Part shown: one piece after another, positions 1 to 12,800 of the stretch
Layout of the letters: every line of letters begins with the position of its first letter
Numbering within the stretch: position 1 is the first letter of the stretch
Source of the DNA: Euglena gracilis
Lineage: Eukaryota
Direction: 5' to 3'
NCBI GenBank assembly: GCA_039621445.1
Contig: CP154954.1
Span: forward strand, 43,336,632 to 43,400,631
DNA: 64,000 nt
Position numbers and translations under genes: made by a program
The notes under the pieces: generated by a model
Seen by the model: only the letters and a program-made list of their open reading frames with translations
Told to the model about the DNA's origin: nothing
The model's database searches: none

Positions 1-2557
1 GAGGCAGACAACACGACAGACAATGCATGGCAGAATGCCGAGCAGGAGGCGCCGTGGGCCAGGGTCCCAAGAGGCCCCACTCCAGCTTCCCGTCGCTGAG
101 GGGGTCCGATTCCTGTTGAATCTCACAGAGGCCACAGGGGCCCTGCCATCGTCGCAACGCTCCACATCCAGCATGCTCAAGGCGTGGCACCCCCCGGCCA
201 CTCGTTCTATGGGTTCTCTGTGAATGCATGAAGCTTTGGGCCGGCAGGGGTATTTTTTGTGGGGTTTTTTTATTTTTCGATCTTGACGATTTGTGTTTTG
301 TTGTTTTTTGAGGTTATTTTTATTTGTTCTTGTTTATGGTTTCCAACGTATTTTTTCCTGCTGGAAACGAGTTCTGCAGGAAACAGTATCATTTTTTAAA
401 AGACTTTATTCTAAACTTTATTTTACCCTGAAACCAAGTTTTTTATCGTTCAATGTTTTGTAATTCTCATTTTTGGCTTAAAAACATGCTTCTGGAATCA
501 GCATGTTCCCTAAACCACAAAATTCTTTTTTTGGCAATTTCGTACACCTGATCACCAAAAAAATCCCAAAATCTTTGTGTTATCCACAGGTTTTTTGGTG
601 TTTCCTTTTTTTTGCGTTTTTTTTTGTTTCACATTTTCTGAAAGTCCATATTTGGACACCCCCCCCCCCCAAGGGTTCACACATTTGGTTAAGGTGCCGT
701 CTGACTGCAACACTTTTTCAACAAACCTGCATCCCACGCAGGTACTGTGCACCGATTGCCCTTCCGTTTTCATTTGGACCCCGCCGCACGCGGGAATAAC
801 GCCGCCGGCTACAGTTGCATTCAGGCACGAGGCCGGCAGGCAGCCCCCCCCCCCACCAGTGGCTTGTGCCCCGAGTTCTGACAGGGCCAAGCGCATTGTG
901 TTGCCAGGCGGTCCCCTGCCCCCCCACCGCCACGTCCTGCAGTCCTCGGGGACAGGGGGCAGCCGAGGCAGTGGCGGGCAGGGGCGGGCCGCCCTGCAGG
1001 ACGACGAGGCGGAGGAGAGGCGGTACGTGGCCGCAGAGCCCCCGGCGCAGTGGCCGCCCAGTCGTGCAGTCCCGAAGCGCCCCTTGCTCGTTAGCAGGAT
1101 CGCACACAAATCCGGCGGCGCCACCCCCCTCGCCAAACCCCTATGGCGGAAAACAAGCCAGGTGGAGAGTCATCAACTTGCCTCTGAAGCAGTGTATTTT
1201 GACAAAAATATAATTCAGGCAACAAAATTGACACAAAAATTCTGTGTTTTTTTAAATTGTATTTCCTGATATCGTCGTACAATTGTTCCAGTCTCCCCCC
1301 ATGTCCAACGATTGGCCCAAGTCCATTCGTCCAGAAATGGCCCAATTATCTTAAAAACGTGGGTTTGATGTGCATGCGTTGTTTTTGCGGCCAATCTGAA
1401 AATGTTGGCCCAGACTCCCCCAGCGGTGAGACGGGTCCCACAAAGTCTCAAACCCAACCCTGCTTCGTGGCGGGGCCTGGGGGTGCACGGCCGGGCCAGT
1501 GAGACCCGCCGACCACGTCGGTCCCGGGGCCCCCGCCTGCCCTTCGTCTCCCTTCGGCCCCGGACGTTCTCGGCCGCCGTCCTGCCTCCCACCGCGGCCC
1601 CAGAGCTGGCCTCCGAGCAGGCGTCTGCGGCCGACCGGGGCTGTCAGGACCCCTGTGAGGTGGGCATCCCATCCAGGGCCGACCAGGACTGTGCGATACG
1701 TCCGTCAATTGGGCGATAAGTCCGTCAATTCCGCTTTCAATGCATCTGTTTTGGCAGCCGCCTTCTGCCGAGACTGGGGGATCCGCAAACCCCAGAAGGA
1801 AGCATTCGAAAAACATGGAAGTCATTCCCAGATGCCTCTTTTGGCCAGTTCTGGCCATTATTTGCCACGTTTTTGGCATTTTCTTCTTTTTTTGCTCACT
1901 TTTTGCCCCTTCTTGTGCATTTTTGGCTGCTGTTGACTGCTTTTGGCTTTTTTTTTGAACATCTGTGACCATTTTTTGGCTATTTATGCTGCTTCAGTTA
2001 CTCTTGCTACTCCGGGCTGGTTTTTGCTGCTTTTGAATGTTTCCAGTTGTTTTGAGCCATTCCATACTACTTGGCCATTTTTTTTGCCCATTTTTCCCAG
2101 TCTGGCCACATTTGGGCAACACTTGCAACTAGTCAAAGACGACGAAACGGTCGTGAGCTGAGCTTTTTTTTTGGCATGACCCCTGCGACCGATTGTTTGC
2201 CGACCAGGGCCGACCAAAGGCTGACTGGAGCACCAACAGGGGAAGTGACTGCAGGCGCCTGCCCCCGAGGAAGCTGCAGCCACTGGATCAGCGACTGCCA
2301 CAGTATCGATGCTGGCCACGACTGCCAAATCCGGAATTTTTTTTGTCCTTTGGTCAGGAAATTATTTTCAAATTGTGGGTTTTAATTAATTGCCCAAGGC
2401 ATTTCAGTAGTTTCCACCCAAAGAAAAAAATTTGAACCTCAAAAGCCGTGGTCAGTCCTGTGTATTTTATGCATTTTATGTTTTTTCCATGCATTTTGTA
2501 ATTCAGTTCCGTGGAGGATACTCATTCTGGTTTCTGCAACACAAGCGAGTTTTTGGT

Positions 2558-2590
<33 letters not shown>

Positions 2591-4546
2591 CACACCACAC
2601 AAACACACACACACACACACACACAACCACACACACACACACACACACACACACAATATATATAATATATATACATATATAATACTGACTGGTTTTTCGA
2701 GGAGTGGACCCCCCTCCCCCCCCCCCCCCCCCCCGAACTCTTGGGCTTGGGGGAGTACTTCTTCCGACCCAACAGCCAGGGGGGGGGGTCAGTGGCTGGG
2801 GGGGGGGGGGCTGGTTGGCGGTCGCTGGCCACGCTTGGCCCCACCGCGGCGGCAGCGGCCTGTCGGGTGGGATGGCGTCCACTTCCCCTCAGTGGAGGCG
2901 GGGCCGGCCGCCCCCGGCCAGCCCCCGCCGGCGGCCGACGTCGCCCGCCCGGCAGCCCCCCACACCCCCCTGCCCGCCGCCCTGCCGAGCCCCCCCTGGG
3001 GTGCCCGGGCCCTCCCTCCTCCCCTCCCCCCTGGAGGTGGGTTGGGCATTGAAACCCCCCACAATGACTGCAATGGGTAACGTTCCGCCCCCCCTCCATC
3101 ATTTAGGCATTTGGCCGACCCCCTCCGACCGAGGAGGACTGTTCAAGGGAGCAACGTAAAGAAGGAGATTGTGGGGGGGGGGGGTAACACTTGGCGGGCC
3201 CCACATTGGGCTGGCGAAATGGCACACATTGGGTGGACAACGGCGATGTGGCGGGACGGCCCGCACCAACGTGGCCGCCGCCGCCCAACACGCTGAGCCG
3301 GGGTGGGGACCGCCTGCCTGGCCCGCCCCCGCCGCCGCCTGGCCTCGCCCCTCGCAGTTTGCCCCGCAGCCCCCTGACCACGGAGGGGCCGCGAGATCAG
3401 GCTGCCAGGGGGCGGGTTCCTGCTACGGCAAGCACCCAGCGGCGGAAGTTGATTGCCGAAGAGAAGGTCCCCCTCCCAGGAAGCTGACTGCAGGCTCCCA
3501 GCCCGGCATGGGGTGGGGGTCGCATGTGTCGAGGCCCCCCCCCCCCGTGCCTGCGAAACGCAGCGGGGTCCGTGGGAGACCCCCGGGGCGTGGCCGCCCG
3601 CCCCCGCCGCCGCCGCCGCCACTCAGTGGGCCGGCCCTGCCGAGGCACCCGGGCCGTTGCCGGCAGTCCTACCCCCCCCCCCATCTCAACCTCAGTGCCA
3701 CCCTGGACAGAGAGACAGAGCCTCAAAGGTGGCCCAGTTCATTTGCACGACCCCCCCCCCCCCCCCCCCACCCCCCCGCCCACCCCCAAAGGTCCCGGGG
3801 ACCTCCCGGCGCCTTGGAGACCGCCTCCCCCTCCACGGGTGGGGGCTCCGCCCACGATGCGGAGCAGCCGTGGCACGCTGGGTCAGCCGCCGGAGGGGGA
3901 CGGCTCACCGTGCGAAGCGTGCATTGGGCCCAACGTCCGGAGAATTTTTGACCGGGTCAGTCAGCAAGGGACGTCAGCAAACAAAGCCGCCGATTTAAGC
4001 CCACTGAGCACCGATTCCACCGGTTTATTTGCGTGGCCGCGGTTTCTGTCCGGGGGCGACACAGTGCAGCGGCCGACCCCCGGCACCCCTTGGCCGGGGA
4101 GTGGTTGGGGGCCGCCGCCCACCGCGGCGCCGCGGCCCGGCGGAGGCCCCAGGGCGGACGGCTACCACCCGCCCCGCGAGGTGTTTGGGGCCCAGAGCAG
4201 CGTTCCGCTGCCGCAAGTGTGCCGCCAACCCTTGTGGGCCCTGTGCTATGAATTTCGCTCCCAAATGCCCTCTGAAAGTGATTGGCAAACATTTTAGTAC
4301 GTATAAATTTGGTACATTTTGTCCTTTTAGTATTCAGTTCATTTTAGTACGTAGTCGCCCACCTTTCCCTCAAATCTCTCTCTTCTTTTCGCCTCCTGTT
4401 ATTAAATTGTCCTCCACTCCATGTACCTACCTGCCTTTTGGGTGACCTGTCTTTTTGGTGGGATTTAAGAAAATTTACCCCCCTCTGTCTAAACACCACC
4501 CTTGTCTAAACCCCCCCAGTCTTTATTCATCTTCTCAGAGAGGCTT

Positions 4547-4582
<36 letters not shown>

Positions 4583-5115
4583 AAGAAAAGGATTTGATAG
4601 AATTTGTTGATTTCTTCATCTAAATGCCACTCAGGCGGCCTAACTCGCATTTAACTCGCATTCGTTTTGATGTTTGTATTGCGCACGTGTCGCATGCCTG
4701 AGGGGCCTGACTTCTTGGCCACCAATTGAAACTCAAAAAAATTGTGTTTGAAAAACAACAGGTAATGTATAAACCCTAGGAATCAAAGGCAAGAAAGCAT
4801 TTTTGGGCACCCCAAAAAATGTTTTAAAAAACTTGTCACCCCTTTTCTCACACCGGATTTGAAGAACGCATTTGGAGAAAAGAGACTGAAATTGAGAAAA
4901 TGAAAAGGTACATCAACAACGGCGGAGAATGGTGGACATACTCGCACACCTTTTTCCGATGGTTTGCAGGCAGATGGATAAGGTTTGGCCAAAACAGATC
5001 TTCCACTCATCATCCCAAAACACCCAACTCCCAGCACTGAGTGCAGCGTCGGTACGGCTCCACAGCCTGCCGCCCATAATTCGTCTTATTGGAACGGCCC
5101 CTCCCTGGGTGCCTG
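1..5115 (+). CDS. Partial multi-exon gene for an unknown Pro/Ala/Gly-rich protein. Proposed exons: <1-56, 151-181, 943-1056, 1498-1620, 2208-2297, 2868-~2950. Further probable exons: ~3260-3400, ~3790-3930, ~4070-4195, ~5045-5115
   Basis: GC-rich islands join in frame: ...EQEAPW|SQRSTSSMLK|SSGTGG...DDEAEERRYVAAEPPAQWP|SETRR...ELASEQ|GRPKADW...RLPPRKLQPLDQRL|WDGVHFP. Intron 57-150 has CAGGGTCCC/GGGGCCCTG terminal pairing in the +4/-6 register. Introns 182-942 and 1621-2207 fit GC-AG. No homology recognised. Confidence 0.45.
2559..2680. repeat. (CA)n/(TA)n microsatellite
   Basis: Directly visible dinucleotide run. Confidence 0.95.
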
Positions 5116-5633
5116 ATATAATTCAAAATTCCCAACCCAGCATCTGGACACAGCAGTGCACACCCTCATCATTCTCCTCAATCCACCGCCGTTTCCCACA
5201 GCATGCAAACTTTCACATACACCTGCTATTAGAATGTCCATTGCATTTGGGGGAATTCACGTGTCCCGGAGTTCAAACCTGGGGCTTTGAACTTTTTTTT
5301 AACATGGTGCACAGGCCGAAACCAAAATGAAAACTCCTGGTTTCTGGGTCCCAACATTTGCAAATGATGTAGGTCTTATCGTAGAGGGTCTCATCGGGAC
5401 CAAAGGGTGAAAAGGGTGGGTTTCACTGCCGGGTTTCAAAAAGATTGCAAAATAGAACCTCCGGCACTGGAATTTGACTTACAAAGGCACATATGGACAT
5501 GAAGAAGATGTTGGTTGCATTAACGCACAAGGGGGTGGTTTCTTGTTCCAGGCAAGGCTTCCATTCACCTTAGCTCTGTCAGCTCTGGTGTTGAGATATT
5601 TCCAGGACCGCTCTCTCCACCCACAGTGATATA

Positions 5634-6053
5634 CCCCCCCCCCCTATGTCCAGCGACCCCCCATGTCCAATGACCACCCCCCCCCCCGGTCAGAGGACAC
5701 CTTTTCGGAGGTTTGACCAAATTTTTGGTCCCGGCGCTTCGCGCCGGGACGAAAAATTTTGCCCAAAAATTGGCCAAAAATTTGGCCAAAATGCCATTTT
5801 TGACACTTTTTGGACCAAAATTTGTCAAAATTGCCCAAAATTTTCGGCGCAAAGCCCCAGAAGGGAAAATTTGGCATTTTTGGGTGGGTAGGGACCCGGG
5901 TTCCCACCAACTTTCTTTTGACCCCATGTCCAACGACCACCCCCCCCCCCCCCCGGTCAGAGGACACCTTTTTGGTCACTACCTTATGTCCAACGACCAC
6001 CCCCCCAGTCAGAGGACAGAGGTTACCGGTCATTGGACATAGGGGGGGGGGGG
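5634..6053. mobile_element. MITE with ~25-bp TIRs (Cn-TATGTCCA...) and TA flanks, Tc1/mariner-like non-autonomous element
   Basis: TA(5632-5633) CCCCCCCCCCCTATGTCCAGCGACC ... GGTCATTGGACATAGGGGGGGGGGGG TA(6054-6055). Internal ATGTCCAA(C/T)GACC subrepeats. A related copy lies at ~10565-10862. Confidence 0.8.
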
Positions 6054-6814
6054 TAAATAAAAAGTTCAAAGTTGACAATTGTTGTGCATCTGTGCAATGG
6101 GCACACTTGTGTTGAATCAAAATTTCAGAGGTATATTGCGCGAGCTGGGGGCATGATTTTGGACAAATTTTTATGGATTCTACCATGTTTAGATCGAAAG
6201 CAGAAGGGAGAATACCAAATTGCACATTTTTGAGACAAAATTCCACCCACCCTGGGTGTTGATGGCGTTCAACATTGATACAGTGCATTTCACGGTCAAA
6301 ATTTTAAACCCCAATAAATTGCAAAACATTTCGCCAAATAATGATCCCCCCAAATAATACCCCCCCCAGAGGCGGATTTCGTCTGGCCAAATAATATTAC
6401 CGGGGGAACATTATTTGGGGGGGGGGTTCTCTACCCAGGCCGTTCTCTCCCTGCGTTGTGAGATGAGTTTCAAGCAGATGTATTCCACATCTGCACAACA
6501 GCCACACTATTTCAGAATTTAAAATTTGTATTTCTATTTTGCAGCTGCACAGTGTACCTCTTAAACTTTCATTCTACATAAGTGTGCCCATTGCGCAAAT
6601 GCGCAATGAAAACACGCGCAAGTGCGGAATACAACTTTATTTCTTGAAATGACAAACTTAGTTGCGCCATTGCGCAAGTTGGCAGTGGCATCCCCTGGCT
6701 TCATTCCCCAGCACCGGGCCAAAAGGGGGAGGGTGTACCCTTAGTCCTGGCCCGGGCTGGAGGTGGTCGACCCACCCCACCTTGCCCGCAGGCCAGCGAT
6801 GTGTTCCCAACCGA

Positions 6815-9800
6815 GGCAGTTCCGTGGCGCCGCGCGATCCGGTACCGGCGGTGGGACAAGCCAGCGGACCCGGAGTCAAACCGCAACCGCGGTCAGGGGG
6901 CAGCCCGGCTCGTTGTTGAGGGGCCGCATACCGATCCCCCCAAGGGCCGTTGACCCGCCCCGGAAGCTTTTCCGACCCCTCTGCGTGTCAGCGGCCGTTT
7001 CAGCGGTCTTTTTGCCTTTTCCGGTTTCTGGGGGGTCCCCCAGAGGTCCTGCGCCGGGCCGGGTGGGTGGGGGGAATCCTGGGGTCTAAAAAAAGGAGAA
7101 GCCTATTTGTGTGGATTTTTTGGTCACAGGGCTTCGGCAACGTGGTTGGACTGCCATCCCTCCCACCCCCCTTTTCCAATAGGCGGGCTAGTCCAACGAC
7201 TCCCCCCCCCAATCAAGCTGCAATCTTTTTGTGTATGATGTTGGTACAAAAATTGTAGAAAGATTTGTGTGATTCAAAATGGATTCGCTTATTTCAGAGA
7301 ATTTTTTTGTGATTTTTTGGGATCACAATTATATAATGGGCTGAAAATGCCCAATGATGGCATGAAACAAGGCTAACAGCTCCAACAAAGGTAACAAATT
7401 AACCAGAATAACTAGAATAACTACAATGGATGTCAGTGTGCGAAATTGTGACAAATGACCGAAAAGTGCCCTAAAAAATGGCCAAACAGACCATAATTGG
7501 CCAGGAAAATGCCAAAAAATGGGCAAAAACAACTCAAAATTGCCTGTGGCCAATTTTTTGCCGACCTGGGGTCACACCCAGGGTTCAATAAACGGAGGGC
7601 GTACGGGGTTTAGGTGGGGGGGGTGCCGCCCGACCCCCCCCCCCTCCTGGACAAGAGGGGGGTCCAACCCCCTGCCTGCCTAGGGGGGGTCCGGACCGAC
7701 CCCGACCCCCCCAAAAGGTCAAATTTTTCTTTCTGGCACTCTGTGCCAAAAAAATTTGCATTTTTTTGAAAAAAATTGCCCAAAAAGTGCTGAAGATGGC
7801 ATTTTGAGCCGTTTGGGGGGTGAAAAATTGGGCCGAAAATCGGTCACCTGGACCGCGCCGGTATTCAGGTGGGGGTCCCCCACCCCCACCCCCCCCCCCC
7901 ATGCCGAAGGGGGGTCCAGACCACCCCCATGTGCCCTTGTGGTCCACCCCCCTTGTCTAACGACCCCCCCCCCGGTCGGTGGCGAACATTGGTGGTCATT
8001 GGACGGGGGGGGGGAGGTAGCGGGGGGGGGGGGCATCCGGACCACACAGCAAACTCAGCCAGAAGCGAAGCCAGCGCTGGACATAAGCAGCCAAGACGCC
8101 TTAGTGCCACTGAGGGGGCATCCGGACCTCGCCCACCGCTGCCCTCTGGCCGTGACCTGTTCCAGCACACGCCGGACATGCCGGGGACCACGGGGACCCT
8201 CCTCGGCTGCCAGTGATCAAGGGCCACTGTGGTGTTCCTCCAGCACTTGCATTTGAAGCGTGGGTGCAGTTGTTTTTGGTTGTTGATGTTTTTTTGACGT
8301 CGTGGGTGACAGCCGGGGGGGGGGGGAGGCCCCCCAATGCCAAACACACACATCCCAGAAGGACTGAAGGAATGAATCCCAGAAGGAATTTTCAGGAAAG
8401 ACAGGTTTTTTTCAGAATATTTTTGCGAACTATGCGCTGGTGTTGGGGTAGCTCCCCCTTTCATTAAAATGAACAATTTCTTACCATATCATCTGGAAAT
8501 TTCTTAAACATCGAATTTTTTGAGAATTTTATCGTAAATCACACACACGCACACACACGCACGCACGCACGCACGCACGCATGCACGCACGCACACATGC
8601 ACAATCAGCCTCTGCAAGAAGATTGGTTTTAACCCCCCCCCTGTCCAAAGCACACGGTGTCGTTGATCCCTCTTGTAGTCAGGGCACCACCTGGCATTTC
8701 CATTGAAATGTTGTGACGTTGACACACTGTGTTGTTTGACGCACGCCCCGTATCATCGGCATTTACCTGGAAGACATTGGCGTGTCTTGGCCGGGGGGGG
8801 GGGCAAGGGACGTACGTGGCCTGGGTCGACCCATTCGGGTCCGGTGTGGAAGGCAGGTGGGCTTATCTGGGTGGGTCGAACCATTCACAATTCATTGGCG
8901 GAGGGCCTGCCAACCCCCCCCCCCCCCCCGCCACAGCCACCGCCCCTTGCCCCCGCCCGTGCCACCGCAAGGCAGCGCCGCAGCCCGCCGGCCCCAACGC
9001 GCACGGCGCGCCAGCGGGCACCCCCCGCCTCGCCCTCCACTCGGACTGCGTCATCGCGTGACCCGCGTGACCTGCGTGACCGCAAATCGCCACTCCCCCC
9101 CCCCCCCCCCCCGACCGCCAGACCACTCCCGCGGCAGACGCCCGACACCCGCAGAACTGAATTGTGCCTGCCCCCTCTACCCATCTCTCCGTGGAACCTT
9201 CGGTCTGGAGCCGAAATTGGCCAGTGACAGGTCGGCCGGCAGCGGGAACCCTGAAAGTTTCCCGGGCGGAAGCCTCATAGATTCCAGGGTATGTTTCCCA
9301 TGGGGAGCACGCACGAGAAGGCTGCCTGGGCCAGAAGCCGTTCTGTGGAGTCCCTGGAGCTCCTGGGGGTCGCCCAGAATCGACCAAGGAAGCCCAGCAG
9401 CAGCGCATGTGGATTGTGAATCAGGCAAAGCCCATTTTTTTGGAGACATTTTGCCCGAGCATCATGAGTGAATGACCAGTGTTTAGAAAGTGGTAAGTAA
9501 AACCCAAAAGCCCTGGGGGACTCCTGGGCTGGAGGAGCAGGTATGGGTTTTGGTGCGATTTTTTTTGCCCTCAAATAGCCTGATTTTGAGGTGCCCCCCC
9601 CCCCAGGGGGTGTCCCACGCTGGGCAGGGTGGGTGGGGGGATGGCCTTAAAAAGAAGCCCAGTGAAACCCCCAGGGAGCTTTTCGCAGTGGGGGCTCCTC
9701 CCCAAACCCCCCAAAATCCAAAATAAAGGAATTTTTTATCTGCAAAATTTGGGTACAACACACTTCGCGTAGATCCCCCCGGTTGCAACTGCAAACCGGG

Positions 9801-12800
9801 GGGTGGGGGGATAATCAAACGGGTCCCCCACCAGGCTCCTCCGGCTGAGGAAGGAGGTGACTACTTCCACCAAATGATGCCCAAAACCAAAGATCACACG
9901 GGGAGTGGTGGTTTTGGGTCCGGGCATTTCCCCCCAAAAAAATGCAAAAGAAGGGCGTTTGTTTTGCATTCCCAGCACCTTCGGCGCCAGGTTTTTTTGT
10001 GCCAAAATCCACCCCAAAAACCCGACTCTCCCCCAAAATTTTCGGGGGGGAAGAATCAAACGGGTCCCATTTTCCCATTTTTGGGCCAAAAATGGGGGGG
10101 GGGATGCAACCGGGGAAAAGCTACAGTGATGTATAGTGCCCCTTATCCTCCCCCTCACCCCGCTTGCTCCCCTTCCTCCCCTTTTCCACTCCCCACTTTG
10201 TGCCATATGTGATTGTTTTGGTTTTCGATCAGAAATGTGCGGTAAATTTGCTTTTTCGGATTTTTTGTGTCAACCAGGGCGTCTTAAAAAAAAGTCGATA
10301 TTTTTTTATCCTCCGGGAAATAGTCCTCTGGTCACATATCTGCTGACCGTCTTTTTTTAGGGACCTGCTCTTGCCTCTGTACTCGTTGACTTGCAGGAGG
10401 TATAGCCATTTATTATTATTAGTATAGTATTATTATTAGTATAGCCATTTATTATTTTTTTGACAACCTGGGGTGCCCCCTTGTCTACCCCCCCCCCATT
10501 CGGAGACGAATTTTAGTGGTGGTTGCACAAAAATCTCTTTTTTTGAAATTTTTCCTGCCCAATGTACACCCCCCTATGTCCAAGCCCCCCCCTTATGTCC
10601 AACGACCACCCGCCCCCCAGTCGGAAGACACCTTTTCAGAGTTTTCTGCCCAAATCAGCCAAAATGCCCTTTCGCACTTTTTGGGTCAAAGATTTGTCGA
10701 AATTGCCCAAAATTTTCGGCACAAAGCGCCGGAAGGAAAAATTGGACCTTTTGGGGGGCTGTGGCCCAGCTACACTCCACGATTTTTTTGACCCTTTGTC
10801 TAACGACTGCACACCTTTTTGGTCACACCCCCATGTCCAACGACACCCCCATGTCCAACGACAAAAATGATGGCCGAAAGTTTTTTTTTGGCATTTATTT
10901 AAAAAAAATACAGAACTCTTTCCAGCGAAAATCAAGTTTTTTTGAAGTTTCCCATCGTGATTTTGCACTCCTTGGGCATGTAAATCCTTTACTCCGTCCT
11001 ACACGCCGTCTTTGCTCTTTCGATATATATCCGACCCCCCAATAGTAGAGGCGGGGGGTCTTTTACTATTTCCAGATATATATACTTCTGTCCGAGGGGG
11101 GGTGTTCTTCTATTTAGACCCTGCTCTTTTTGCCCCTTTTGAAGAGAAAAGCAATGGAAATCGGCCAATTTTAGTGAAATGGGGCCCTATTAGTAGAGCA
11201 CCCCCGCCGCTGGAGGCGCTGGTCAATTACAAGAGCACCCGCTCTACTATTGGGGGGGGGGTGATCATCTTTTTGATAATTGACAATAAAACCAACCGTT
11301 TCTTTGACCTTAGATTTTGGGATTCTTTGGATTTTCTGCCATTCCGCATTTAGGAAAATTTCCATTTCTCTGCAGTTCTCCAGAAAGATGGTTCACAAAG
11401 CTTTTCGTCCAGAATTACTCTGCTGGTTTCAACGTGCGTCCAGGATTTTTCCTGGCATTCAAAGAATCTGTCCATTTTTCCTCACACAGAGCTCTTCCCA
11501 TCAGCATATCGTCTCACCCATAATTATCCAACCACGGTATTTGGGTCAGGAAAAGAAATTTTTTTCCAAGTGGATTGGCACAAGGAACAAAACTAATTTA
11601 CTTAAGAAGGTATCTTTGACCTTCTGCTTTCTCCACAGCTTTGTATTTCACTATGCACCCTGGAGGTCTGCAAGTTCCACAGCCTTATTGTGCTCGGGTA
11701 TTCTACTTGAATCTTAAACCTGTGGCACTAAAGCACTTATTATGGCGTCGTAATAATGAACCTGAGTGGTGGGGAGGTTGGCCAACACTGTCTTTGTTTT
11801 TTTGTTTTGCTGGGCTTTAAGTTTTTGCATGTATCACAGGGAATCACAAGCACCAAGGAAGAAAGAGAAGCAAAAAGAGCGATTTCGTGATTTCATTTTC
11901 ATGTGTCTCGAGGTTTTCCTCTTGGAAATAGCTGCCGGGCATTTTGGACCGCCTCGCCAACACGTGTCCCCCCAAACGACAAAGCCCCTTTCGAGATTGT
12001 CAGAGAAGGGGGTGCCTCCTCCCCTCCTCCCGTCCTCAGGTCACTCCCACGTCACCGCCCTGCCCCCCACAGCTCAGCATCACGTCCTTCCGCTCCAACT
12101 CCGACGCCGGGATCAGCGAGTGTGAGAGCGAGGCAACCTCCGCCCGCCACGGCCCGGCACAGGGTGCCCGGCAGCTGCCTTTCCCGGTGCGTGGGCCGCC
12201 GTCCAGGGTTTGTGCTTTCAATGCTCGGGGTGGCGGGAGCTAGTGCCACCCCCCCCCCTCACTGGTGCCAAGGGTTCTTCTCTTGGGAGTGTGTTCAGTC
12301 TGGCCGATGCCACCATATGCTGCCGCCCCCCAGAAATTGTCTTTAACCCTCTGAGCCCACTAACCTGTCTTTATACCCGCCCCCCCCCCCGGGCAATTGA
12401 CGCCCCCGGGCAATTGTCACCCCTGACTGTGCCGGCCCTTTGTCACCCCAGGAAATTGTCACCCCCCCTCCCTGCTGCCTAATTTGTAACCCCCCGTATG
12501 CAGTATTGCATTGTGAACTTCTTTTCGCCAACATGACTCGATTGATCTTCTGTTTCGCTACAACGTGCTGAGAACCTTCGCATACCAAACGCTCTGCACA
12601 ATATCACGACCGCAGCTGCATTTTTCTTGCGTTCACTTGTGTTTCAAATGATGGTCTTGGTCATTTGGTTTAAATGTGGCTTACATGGGTGGGCAATTGA
12701 CGCCCCCGGGCAATTGTCACCCCTGGCTGTGCCGGCCCATTTGTCACCCCAGGAAATTGCCACCTCTCCGTGCTGCCCAATTTGTCACGCGGCAATTGCC

